Source of the DNA: an uncultured Candidatus Saccharibacteria bacterium
GTDB taxonomy: Bacteria > Patescibacteriota > UBA1384 > XYA2-FULL-43-10 > 1-14-0-10-43-13
DNA length: 64,000 nucleotides
Direction of reading: 5' to 3'
NCBI GenBank assembly: GCA_964419835.1
Contig: CAYQPT010000002.1
Location: 6,732-70,731 of the forward strand
Shown in pieces: positions 27,461 through 34,634 of the stretch. The position numbers were made by a program, and so were the translations under genes. The notes beneath the pieces are model-generated. The model was not told where the DNA came from, ran no database searches, and worked only from the letters and a program-made list of their open reading frames with translations. How positions within the stretch are numbered: the first letter of the stretch is position 1; each line of letters starts with the position of its first letter.

Positions 27461-28251
27461 AAAAAGAAATATACATAAAAGTTAAAAGTGACAATAAAAT
27501 TTATAAGTCTGATGCTTCTAATTTAGAAGTTATGCCAGGCGACCAAGTTTTATTTGAATTGGAATCAAGCCAAGATACCGGAATCGTTATTGATGAGAAC
27601 AACACAAAAGATCAGTGTGGGATTGAAAGCGGCGATGGAAAAATAACTATTATACGGAAGTTAACCGAAAAGGATCTCGAAAAGACTGCCGAAATGGAAA
27701 AGGAAGCGCTGGGGACTCTTGCTCAATGTAAAGAAAAAATCAGCAAACACGGACTTGAAATGAATCTCCTAGGCGCCGATTTATCCTATGACGGGAAAAA
27801 ATTAACCTTCTATTTCACCTCACCCGGAAGAGTGGACTTCCGCTCACTTGTACCAGATTTAGCGTCCACTTTTAAAAAACTGATCCGCTTGCAACAAGTT
27901 GGGGCTAGGGACAAAGCAAAATGCATAGGAGCCGTTGGAAGATGCGGGCAGGGAGTTTGTTGTAAAAGATTCTTGAAAGGTGACCTCGAAAGCGTCACGA
28001 TTGATATGGCAACCGAGCAAAATTTGGGCCAAATGGGTTCGACTAGAGTAACCGGAGCTTGCGGAAAACTAATGTGCTGCTTAAAATACGAACTCGACAA
28101 TTATCAAAAAACCAGGAAGAAAATGCCAGCAATCGGAAGTGAAATTAAAACCCCAGAGGGCACTGGTATCGTCAAGTCACAAAATGTAATAAAAAATACT
28201 ATTTTAGTAATTCTCAATAAGGATAATCGCATAGTGGAGGTCGATTGTTAG
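27457..28251 (+). CDS. PSP1 domain protein (YaaT/RicT-like)
   Basis: 264 aa. A Cys-rich PSP1 C-terminal signature (GRCGQGVCC...GACGKLMCCLKYE). It immediately follows holB with overlapping stop/start. Confidence 0.8.
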   Translation: MKKEIYIKVKSDNKIYKSDASNLEVMPGDQVLFELESSQDTGIVIDENNTKDQCGIESGDGKITIIRKLTEKDLEKTAEMEKEALGTLAQCKEKISKHGLEMNLLGADLSYDGKKLTFYFTSPGRVDFRSLVPDLASTFKKLIRLQQVGARDKAKCIGAVGRCGQGVCCKRFLKGDLESVTIDMATEQNLGQMGSTRVTGACGKLMCCLKYELDNYQKTRKKMPAIGSEIKTPEGTGIVKSQNVIKNTILVILNKDNRIVEVDC

Positions 28252-28985
28252 AAGTTGGAATCATAATTTGTTTAGCGATCGTGTTGTTCCTAATTTTGCA
28301 TAACTTTCCGGGAACTAAAGAGGAAGGAGAAATTGGAGTGCAGACAAGAGAGAAAAAACCAAGCATCTGGAATAAAATTTCTTATAAGAAAAAAAGGAAT
28401 AATGCTGTAGCAATCCAAAAAGCAATAGACGATGCCAAAGAAGAAATAATTGCGCCGTCCGAAACAGAAACCGCTCAGATAAAATTTAAAGAAGATGATC
28501 CGGAAGTAGCAGAATTCTTATATGAAGCAGAATCAGCCATGGAAAAGAGCGATCTGCGGGAAGCGGAAGAAAAAGCGATCTCTGCCCTTTCAAAAAACAA
28601 GAAATGTGGAAAAGCATATGAAATAATTGGCACAGTCGCGATGCAAAGAGGATCATTTGATGAAGCAAGGGAGTCTTTTAAAACTGCTATAAAATGTGAC
28701 CCTGAAATAGGCGAAGCATACTTTGGACTGGGAGAAATTGACCTTAAAACTGAAAACTTTACTGAATCAATTGAAAACCTGCAACGAGCAGTTGCTTTGG
28801 ACCGGGGCCGTGCTGACTGGTATTGCGAACTGGGAAAAGCATATACCGAAGTCCGTCAGTTCGCCAAAGCGGCAAAGGCATTGAAGCGCGCCGCCAGCTT
28901 AGACATTGATAATAAAGAATATAAAGAACTCGCAGCTGAAGCAGAAGAAAAACAACGTGCTCACGCCGCCGCTTTCCGGAAGTAG
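28245..28985 (+). CDS. membrane-anchored tetratricopeptide-repeat protein
   Basis: N-terminal TM. A charged linker. At least 3 TPR-like repeats (AYEIIGTVAMQRGSFDEA, AYFGLGEIDLKTENFTES, WYCELGKAYTEVRQFAKA). Confidence 0.6.
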   Translation: MLEVGIIICLAIVLFLILHNFPGTKEEGEIGVQTREKKPSIWNKISYKKKRNNAVAIQKAIDDAKEEIIAPSETETAQIKFKEDDPEVAEFLYEAESAMEKSDLREAEEKAISALSKNKKCGKAYEIIGTVAMQRGSFDEARESFKTAIKCDPEIGEAYFGLGEIDLKTENFTESIENLQRAVALDRGRADWYCELGKAYTEVRQFAKAAKALKRAASLDIDNKEYKELAAEAEEKQRAHAAAFRK

Positions 28986-29025
28986 TATTCAAATGCTTAA
29001 CCAGTTAGAATAATGCCTTTTTTCG

Positions 29026-29529
29026 CTATTTTGTTGATATGTAGTTTCTTAGCTTCTCAGCATAATCTTCAACTGTTTTTATCTTTTCCGGTGTTTTCCA
29101 ATTTTCTTTTGCATAAATCATCATCGGTTTGACCGCTTTTATTCCGGTGCCAAATTTATCCAAAGCTTCCTTAGTTACAGGATAGAGCCAGAGATGAAAA
29201 TGCTCATCTTTCCTCTCTGGCAACTCCGCCACAATAATATTAACTTGATTTATATTTAAAACCTCGCGCATCCCCTTGCGTAGTCTTACTATTAGAGACA
29301 TAAACTCTTTTTGTTCCTCCTCGGTAAACTGGTCGATGCTTTTAATGTGTCTATTAGATGAGATGATGATGAATCCGGGTATTGGGATTTCGCAATCCTG
29401 ATTAACGCAAAAATGCTCTGATTTATAAATCATCCCGCATGGCACCTTGTACTCTCCTGAATCAATAGCACAACTCAAACACTCTTCATTTAAGATGGTT
29501 TTATTATTGTAGATGTCAATTATTTCCAT
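29026..29529 (-). CDS. HIT-like superfamily protein with a degenerate histidine triad
   Basis: 167 aa. N-terminal CxxC...C..C. The triad region reads EHFHLWLYP, i.e. H-x-H-x-W in place of H-x-H-x-H. Confidence 0.4.
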   Translation of the reverse strand: MEIIDIYNNKTILNEECLSCAIDSGEYKVPCGMIYKSEHFCVNQDCEIPIPGFIIISSNRHIKSIDQFTEEEQKEFMSLIVRLRKGMREVLNINQVNIIVAELPERKDEHFHLWLYPVTKEALDKFGTGIKAVKPMMIYAKENWKTPEKIKTVEDYAEKLRNYISTK

Positions 29530-29623
29530 AAAACCAATATATCAACAAAAGAAAATATTATCTACAAATCCCAACAATCAAATGTAAATAAAGTGTAGAA
29601 AAGAACTATTTATAGCAAATTAT

Positions 29624-30433
29624 CTATTGAGAAGTTTTTCGGCGGAACAACCAAGAAGCAACCGGTAAGGAAACGAGAAGAATACCGATGCTCCATGCAA
29701 CCGATTTCCAGCCATAATCGCCAATGGGCATACCTAGCATGAGAGAGCGAACGGCTCCGATAACCTGAGTGATTGGTTGATTCTCGGCAAAAACGCGGAG
29801 AACCGGCGTCATACCCTCTGTTGGGACAAAAGCGCTGCTAGCAAAAGTCAAAGGGAAAACGAAGACAAATGTTAGCCATTGAACCGCTTCAATACTTTTG
29901 GCAATCAGGCCGACAATTGCAGCCAACCAAGAAAAGGCCAAAGTAAAAAGTAGAAGAATCCCACTAATAACCAACCAGTCAGATGCGCTAGCCTCTGGCC
30001 TGAAACCCAGAACTAGCCCCGCAAGAATCATTACCACGGTCGAAATGATATTGCGGAAAAGATCGGAAATGACATGCCCATTAAGAACTGCCAGATTAGC
30101 CATTGGAAGCGAGCGGAAACGGTCCACTATCCCCTTTTGAAGATCGTTACAAACAGCAATGGCAGTTGTCGTGGACCCAAATGCAACTGTTTGAACGATA
30201 ATCCCCGCCATTAAAAAATTTAGATAGCTAACGCCCGGAGGCAATGCTCCCGAGACAGCTCCACCGAAGACGGCGACAAATAGAACCAAAAACATAATTG
30301 GCTGGAAAAATGTTCCGAGCAGCTGATCCATATTACGCACAATATGGGTGCTGCTGCGCCTGATCATAATAAGAGAATCATTGAATGCTAAAACGATTCT
30401 TGGTTTTTTTTCAAATTCTAATTTAACAGTCAT
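29624..30433 (-). CDS. ABC-2 family transporter permease
   Basis: 269 aa with 6 TMs. The ABC-2 type signature region sits in the central loop. The start overlaps the ATPase stop. Confidence 0.7.
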   Translation of the reverse strand: MTVKLEFEKKPRIVLAFNDSLIMIRRSSTHIVRNMDQLLGTFFQPIMFLVLFVAVFGGAVSGALPPGVSYLNFLMAGIIVQTVAFGSTTTAIAVCNDLQKGIVDRFRSLPMANLAVLNGHVISDLFRNIISTVVMILAGLVLGFRPEASASDWLVISGILLLFTLAFSWLAAIVGLIAKSIEAVQWLTFVFVFPLTFASSAFVPTEGMTPVLRVFAENQPITQVIGAVRSLMLGMPIGDYGWKSVAWSIGILLVSLPVASWLFRRKTSQ

Positions 30434-31395
30434 TTGTCCTCCTCGGCATCGGCCGCCACTTTTTGTTTGCCCGTCAGAGATAAAAAAACATCGTCGAGAG
30501 TTGGCTTATGCACGGCCAAGGAAAGCAATTTGATATCGGCTTTACTCAATCTTTTAAGAATATCTTGAACATCAATATCGGTATCTTCAATAACTGCGCA
30601 AATAGTAAAATCTTTCTCGTTTATAGCAGTGGTATATTTACTCAATATTTTTTTAGCCTTTGATAACTTCTCAGCGTCAACCAAGGTAAGTTCCAGCCGG
30701 TCTTTGCCAACCTTGGACTTCAACTCTTTTGCTGTTCCCTCGGCAATAACCTTACCGCCGTCAATAACAGCAATACGGTCCGCCAACTGATCGGCTTCTT
30801 CAAGATACTGAGTTGTGAGCAATATAGTAGTGCCACTATCTAGTAATTTTTTAATAATCGACCACATTGCCAAGCGGGAACGAGGGTCAAGACCAGTTGT
30901 CGGTTCATCCAAAAAAATGATTGGAGGCGTTGCAATAAGACTCACAGCCAAGTCCAAACGACGACGCATGCCGCCTGAATATGTTTTGGTGATCCGGTCG
31001 GCGGCATCAAGAAGATCAAATTCTTTCAGTAACTCTTGCGCTCGAGCTTTGGCACTTTCTGGTGTTAGACGATATAGTCTTCCCATCATCACCAAATTTT
31101 CGCGGCCGGTAAGCAACTCATCCACCGCAGCAGACTGCCCTGTCAAACCAATAATGCCTCGGACTTGATCAGCCTGTTTTGTAACATCATAACCGCCCAC
31201 CGAAACTAACCCGCCATCATAAGAAAGCAAAGTACTCATAATCCTAACTATGGTAGTTTTGCCTGCTCCGTTTGGCCCCAGCAAAGCCAACATTGTGCCT
31301 TTTTCAACTTGCAAATCGACGCCTTTAAGAACATGGTTCAAACCATAAGATTTGGTCAAATTCTTGACCTCGATGATATTTTGGGGTTCGTTCAT
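30430..31395 (-). CDS. ABC transporter ATP-binding protein (DrrA-like)
   Basis: Walker A GPNGAGKTT. Signature YSGGMRRRL. Walker B IIFLDEPTTGLD. A C-terminal regulatory extension is present. Confidence 0.85.
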   Translation of the reverse strand: MNEPQNIIEVKNLTKSYGLNHVLKGVDLQVEKGTMLALLGPNGAGKTTIVRIMSTLLSYDGGLVSVGGYDVTKQADQVRGIIGLTGQSAAVDELLTGRENLVMMGRLYRLTPESAKARAQELLKEFDLLDAADRITKTYSGGMRRRLDLAVSLIATPPIIFLDEPTTGLDPRSRLAMWSIIKKLLDSGTTILLTTQYLEEADQLADRIAVIDGGKVIAEGTAKELKSKVGKDRLELTLVDAEKLSKAKKILSKYTTAINEKDFTICAVIEDTDIDVQDILKRLSKADIKLLSLAVHKPTLDDVFLSLTGKQKVAADAEEDK

Positions 31396-31510
31396 ACTAT
31401 TACCATCCTCAATAATTCAACTGCGGTATGTTTCATTATATAAAAGTGCACTAATAAATTCAATAGTCTATTCTAATGGCTTAGTCATGCCTGTTCGATT
31501 CCTCATTACT

Positions 31511-31557
31511 AAAAAACCATCCCGCATAGCTCATCTTCGATGAGCGACGTGGGATGG
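31511..31557 (-). promoter_or_regulatory. hairpin followed (on the minus strand) by a U-tract in the 5' leader of the ABC operon; attenuator/terminator-like
   Basis: A compound stem on the + strand: CCATCCCGC ... GTGGGATGG enclosing GCTCATC-TTC-GATGAGC, preceded by AAAAAA. Read on the minus strand, the hairpin is followed by UUUUUU, about 110 nt upstream of the ATPase start codon. Confidence 0.3.
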
Positions 31558-31615
31558 CAGGATGTAACAACTGAAGTCAGAAACTTTTATGCCATTAATG
31601 GATTTTTGCTAGCGA

Positions 31616-32239
31616 TTGTCATATAATTTACACATGAGTACAAAACTTAAAAATCGATATATTCTGATTGCTTTTTCTGCGATCGAGATAGCGATAGTAT
31701 TGCTGCTGTCAACTGGTATAATTCAGCCAGATTTACGATTTTATTTCTTGGTAGTTTTTGGTTTTGCAACATTGGTTTGTTCTTTGGTCATGAGCGACCA
31801 AAAAAAGATGCTCGGATTAAGAATTGATAATATTAAGAGTGCAATGCTTGCAAATTTAGCTTTCGTGATTGTTGGATCGTTATTTATACTTATCGTCCGA
31901 GAGTTTAATTTAGTACGCTATGTTCTCGATAACATTCCTCCAGCCAGCTGGTATATATTATATGCCTTGCTTCTTGGGCCGATTCAAGAATTTATTTTCA
32001 GAGGATTCTTATTTGCTCGACTTAACAGTAGTGGGATTAATCCTTTGTTCAGAATTATAATAAGCGGCTTACTCTTTGGTTTTATTCATTTAATTTATGG
32101 CGACATTTGGACTCTAATTTTCGCAACGATTTTCGGAATTTGTTTAAGCATTATTTATTACTATAAACCCAATTTATATGCCGCAATATTTTCTCATAGC
32201 ATAATTGGTGCGTTAGCAATCTATCTCAGAATTATATAA
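31616..32239 (+). CDS. CPBP-family (CAAX protease / Abi) intramembrane metalloprotease
   Basis: The conserved motifs are in the right order and spacing: EExxxR (QEFIFRGF), FxxxH (FGFIHLIY) and a C-terminal HS..G (HSIIGA). Confidence 0.75.
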   Translation: MSYNLHMSTKLKNRYILIAFSAIEIAIVLLLSTGIIQPDLRFYFLVVFGFATLVCSLVMSDQKKMLGLRIDNIKSAMLANLAFVIVGSLFILIVREFNLVRYVLDNIPPASWYILYALLLGPIQEFIFRGFLFARLNSSGINPLFRIIISGLLFGFIHLIYGDIWTLIFATIFGICLSIIYYYKPNLYAAIFSHSIIGALAIYLRII

Positions 32240-32275
32240 CAAAAAATGACCAGCCATCGACGGCTGTTCATTTTT

Positions 32276-32501
32276 TGGCAGGGCCAAGAGGAATCGAACC
32301 CCTAATAGAGGTGGCGCCTGTCCGCCGCAGTTACAATCTTGGCAGGGGCTAGAGGAATCGAACCCCTAATAGAGGTTTTGGAGACCCCCGTTATACCATT
32401 TAACTAAGCCCCTATCAAGATTGTACATTAACGTAGGCAGGAAGACCCTCGTTATTCCCGCTGCTCGCGAGCGGCGGGATATACCATTTAACTATGGCCC
32501 T
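32276..32501 (-). other. nested tRNA unit: tRNA-Trp-like 5' half fragment, inverted repeat, intact tRNA-Trp, inverted repeat, tRNA-Trp-like 3' half fragment
   Basis: The 5' fragment (about 32478-32501) is AGGGCCA-TA-GTTA-AATGGTA-TATC. The 3' fragment (32276-32312) is ACCTC-TATT-AGGGG-TTCGATT-CCTCT-TGGCCCT-G-CCA. The fragment acceptors AGGGCCA and TGGCCCT are perfectly complementary and differ from the inner tRNA acceptor (AGGGGCT / AGCCCCT). The 26 nt spanning anticodon-stem 3' strand to T-arm are identical to the inner tRNA. A 9-bp inverted repeat (TTACAATCTT at 32331-32340, AAGATTGTA at 32417-32425) directly flanks the inner tRNA. Confidence 0.6.
32340..32413 (-). tRNA. tRNA-Trp (anticodon CCA)
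   Basis: Cloverleaf read by hand: AGGGGCT-TA-GTTA-AATGGTA-TAAC-G-GGGGT-CTCCAAA-ACCTC-TATT-AGGGG-TTCGATT-CCTCT-AGCCCCT-G-CCA. CCA is encoded. Confidence 0.85.
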
Positions 32502-32595
32502 AAAATGCGCTTGTGCGCAATTATCAATTACCGATAGTCAATGATCATTAAATGAAAATTGAAAAATGATAAATGAAAAATGTAATCGCTTGCGA

Positions 32596-32763
32596 TTACT
32601 TCGTCTCTTTGTGTGCTGTGCGTTTTTTATCAACTTTACAATACTTGACCAATTCAATTCTCTTGATGACATCTTGGCCTTTAAGTCTTTTTTCTGTGTG
32701 ATAATTTCTCGCTTTGCAGTCTGCACATTCGAGAGTTACTAGTTTCCTTGCTTCTTTTGCCAT
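32596..32763 (-). CDS. rpmG: 50S ribosomal protein L33 (not in the ORF track)
   Basis: Translates to MAKEARKLVTLECADCKARNYHTEKRLKGQDVIKRIELVKYCKVDKKRTAHKETK, the bL33 zinc-ribbon signature. The 32538..32726 ORF in the track is a different frame. Confidence 0.8.
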   Translation of the reverse strand: MAKEARKLVTLECADCKARNYHTEKRLKGQDVIKRIELVKYCKVDKKRTAHKETK

Positions 32764-32782
32764 GATTTTTCCTTATATTAAA

Positions 32783-32947
32783 TGGAGCCGAAGGAGGGAT
32801 TTGAACCCACGACCTACTGTTTATCCCTCACCCTTGGAGCCACCTGGGGGATTTGAACCCACGACCTACTGTTTACAAAACAGTTGCTCTACCACTGAGC
32901 TAAGGTGGCACTCAAGGGTGAGGGACTCAACACTGAGCTACTTCGGC
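32783..32947 (-). other. nested tRNA unit: tRNA-Thr-like 5' half fragment, inverted repeat, intact tRNA-Thr(TGT), inverted repeat, tRNA-Thr-like 3' half fragment
   Basis: The 5' fragment (about 32924-32947) is GCCGAAG-TA-GCTC-AGTGTT-GAGT. The 3' fragment (32783-32820) is ACAGT-AGGTC-GTGGG-TTCAAAT-CCCTC-CTTCGGC-T-CCA. The fragment acceptors GCCGAAG and CTTCGGC are perfectly complementary and differ from the inner tRNA acceptor (GCCACCT / AGGTGGC). The 28 nt spanning anticodon-stem 3' strand to T-arm are identical to the inner tRNA. A 12-bp inverted repeat (CCCTCACCCTTG at 32826-32837, CAAGGGTGAGGG at 32913-32924) clamps the inner tRNA, including its CCA end. Confidence 0.6.
32837..32909 (-). 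tRNA. tRNA-Thr (anticodon TGT)
   Basis: GCCACCT-TA-GCTC-AGTGGTA-GAGC-A-ACTGT-TTTGTAA-ACAGT-AGGTC-GTGGG-TTCAAAT-CCCCC-AGGTGGC-T-CCA. There is one T-stem mismatch. CCA is encoded. Confidence 0.85.
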
Positions 32948-32949
32948 AA

Positions 32950-33036
32950 TGGTGCTGAGGGCAGGATTCGAACCTACGAAGGCACAAGGCCGTGTGATTT
33001 ACAGTCACATGCGTTTGACCACTTCGCTACCTCAGC
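32950..33036 (-). tRNA. tRNA-Tyr (anticodon GTA), type II with a long variable arm
   Basis: GCTGAGG-TA-GCGAAGTGGTCAAACGC-A-TGTGA-CTGTAAA-TCACA-(15-nt variable arm CGGCCTTGTGCCTTC)-GTAGG-TTCGAAT-CCTGC-CCTCAGC-A-CCA. Confidence 0.85.
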
Positions 33037-33124
33037 ACATATTTTAATGTCCTTCGACTACTTTTCGAATCATTCGACTCAAATGGTTTACCATGAGCGA
33101 GCGAATAAAATGAAGCGAGTCGAA

Positions 33125-33200
33125 TGGAGCCGACGACGGAACTCGAATCCGTGACCTCACCCTTACCAAGGGTGTGCTCTACCAACTGAGCTACATCGGC
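33125..33200 (-). tRNA. tRNA-Thr (anticodon GGT)
   Basis: GCCGATG-TA-GCTC-AGTTGGTA-GAGC-A-CACCC-TTGGTAA-GGGTG-AGGTC-ACGGA-TTCGAGT-TCCGT-CGTCGGC-T-CCA. Confidence 0.85.
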
Positions 33201-33436
33201 CCAACTTTGCTCTAGTTTGCGCTAGAGCTACGCTGGGCAAGCAAACTCAGGATGAAATTCACTTGTCCTTCGTAGCCCGGCTACAAGAGGGCGAAGAAGG
33301 AAGCTACATCGGCACAGGCGTGAGATCACTCTCAAGCGTAAGGAACAAAAAAATTGTAACATTTTTCTCTAATATTTTCAACCATCAGGTGAGCAGAAAC
33401 AGCAACAACATTTCTGACATTAACTTGCTATATTCT

Positions 33437-33790
33437 TTAATTATTTTCTTTCTTCATTTCAATCAAAGTCTCTGCAGCCAAAATACCTCTTTCTACCTTG
33501 TCTCTCAATCTTTCTGCAGTGGCGATATTACTCCTTGCCTCTTCAGTCGCCTCTCCAGTCTGCGCCCTCTGTATTGTATCTTCAAAACTTTTCCTCACTA
33601 TCGTCGCCGCCTCAACATACTTCCTTAATTCATCGACAGATTGCTCAAAAATATTCGCATCCACTCCGTTAAGATCAAGCCCTCTCTTTTTTAATTTCCC
33701 CTCCCACAATTCTGCTTCTGTATCCGGACCCTTCATCGATCGGATAAAATCCGCTTCGCCTCTGTATTCACCAATCATGTTTCCCCCCAT
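33437..33790 (-). CDS. hypothetical protein (charged, helical)
   Basis: 117 aa ORF immediately downstream of the creatininase-family gene, with a 1-nt gap. No recognisable motif. The start is uncertain (MGGNMIGEY...). Confidence 0.3.
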   Translation of the reverse strand: MGGNMIGEYRGEADFIRSMKGPDTEAELWEGKLKKRGLDLNGVDANIFEQSVDELRKYVEAATIVRKSFEDTIQRAQTGEATEEARSNIATAERLRDKVERGILAAETLIEMKKENN

Positions 33791-33791
33791 G

Positions 33792-34466
33792 CTATTTTAA
33801 GAATTCTTCCATTTTTTCTTCCGAGCCGTTTACCATTTTATCTAAATGTTTTTTGCCTAGTTCTAAGGAGGATTTTTCCAGCGGATCAGAGCCGTGGAAG
33901 TTCACAAAATCATCATCTTCGGTAAGGGTAACCGCCCTAGATTTCGCTTCTTCTTCCGGATGACAAGCCCATAATAGCGATGTTTCGCCCTCATCGGCAT
34001 GTGCTATGTGGTCAGTCATCTCGTATGGATTTATAAATAAAACTTTTTCATCCCCCTCTGCAATTTCGGTTAATTTTGCAACTTGGTTACTCCCGCCATG
34101 TCCCGTAACAATAATAACTTTTTTAAATCCCTGATCTTCCAAGTTCTGAACTACTGAAAGAATAATTTCTTTAAATAAATCGGGCTTAACAAAATACAAA
34201 TTACCTAAAAGTGCCTTACCCAATCTTTTGTCCATCCCTCTAAGTTCTTTGCCATCGATGATTTTTGTCCCGTATGCGCCCAAATAAATGGGCGGCAAAA
34301 CATATCCCTCATATTTTTCAGCTAAAATCCGGCAGATTTTTTCCGCTACCATAAAATCTGTCTCGATCGGCAAATGATTTCCATGCCACTCTATTGTCCC
34401 GAGCGGCACATAAGCAATCCCCTTTTTCACAAATTCCTCATATTCCTTCAATGATGTAGTTTTCAT
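33792..34466 (-). CDS. creatininase (creatinine amidohydrolase/ArfB-like) family protein
   Basis: 224 aa. N-terminal PLGTIEWHGNHLPIETD and later VTGHGGSNQ fit the creatininase fold signatures. Confidence 0.7.
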   Translation of the reverse strand: MKTTSLKEYEEFVKKGIAYVPLGTIEWHGNHLPIETDFMVAEKICRILAEKYEGYVLPPIYLGAYGTKIIDGKELRGMDKRLGKALLGNLYFVKPDLFKEIILSVVQNLEDQGFKKVIIVTGHGGSNQVAKLTEIAEGDEKVLFINPYEMTDHIAHADEGETSLLWACHPEEEAKSRAVTLTEDDDFVNFHGSDPLEKSSLELGKKHLDKMVNGSEEKMEEFLK

Positions 34467-34577
34467 AATTTTTATCCTTTTTACATTTTAATATTACCTG
34501 AATTAATAATTCACTGCCAATTATATGAATACTACTAGCTAAACGCCGGTGGTATTTATATATTCACGGATTCACAC

Positions 34578-34609
34578 CCTACTTCAACAAACTAGTTTGT
34601 TGAAGTAGG
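34578..34609. repeat. perfect 32-nt palindrome CCTACTTCAACAAACT|AGTTTGTTGAAGTAGG (copy 1 of 3)
   Basis: The element is exactly self-complementary with a central ACTAGT. Copies lie at 35061-35096 (36 nt, identical core) and 22674-22703 (a variant, CTACTTCATCAAACTAGTTTGATGAAGTAG). Confidence 0.8.
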
Positions 34610-34634
34610 AATAATCAAGGTTCTTTATTGCCTA

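Noticed and set aside
32276-32947. Reading the tRNA half fragments as attL/attR-type duplications left by an integrase-mediated insertion into tRNA genes
   Set aside because: In an att duplication the displaced 3' fragment would pair with the 5' strand of the intact tRNA. Here each 3' fragment instead pairs perfectly with a separate upstream 5' fragment. Also, only 30-90 nt separate the copies and no integrase gene is nearby. This is kept only as a low-probability alternative.
32538-33154. Track ORFs 32538..32726 (-) and 32714..33154 (+) running through the tRNA cluster
   Set aside because: The region is occupied by rpmG (a different frame of the minus strand, 32596..32763) and by three tRNA genes. 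The 146-aa + ORF is simply read-through of tRNA antisense sequence.
33263-33800. Plus-strand ORFs 33263..33628 and 33498..33800
   Set aside because: They overlap the minus-strand 33437..33790 ORF and the 5' leader of the tRNA operon. They are low-complexity and have no RBS.
34578-34609. Reading the perfect palindromes as rho-independent terminators
   Set aside because: None of the three copies is followed by a T/U tract on either strand. Two copies bracket a regulator gene, and the central ACTAGT resembles TrpR half-sites. An operator or REP-like element is more plausible.
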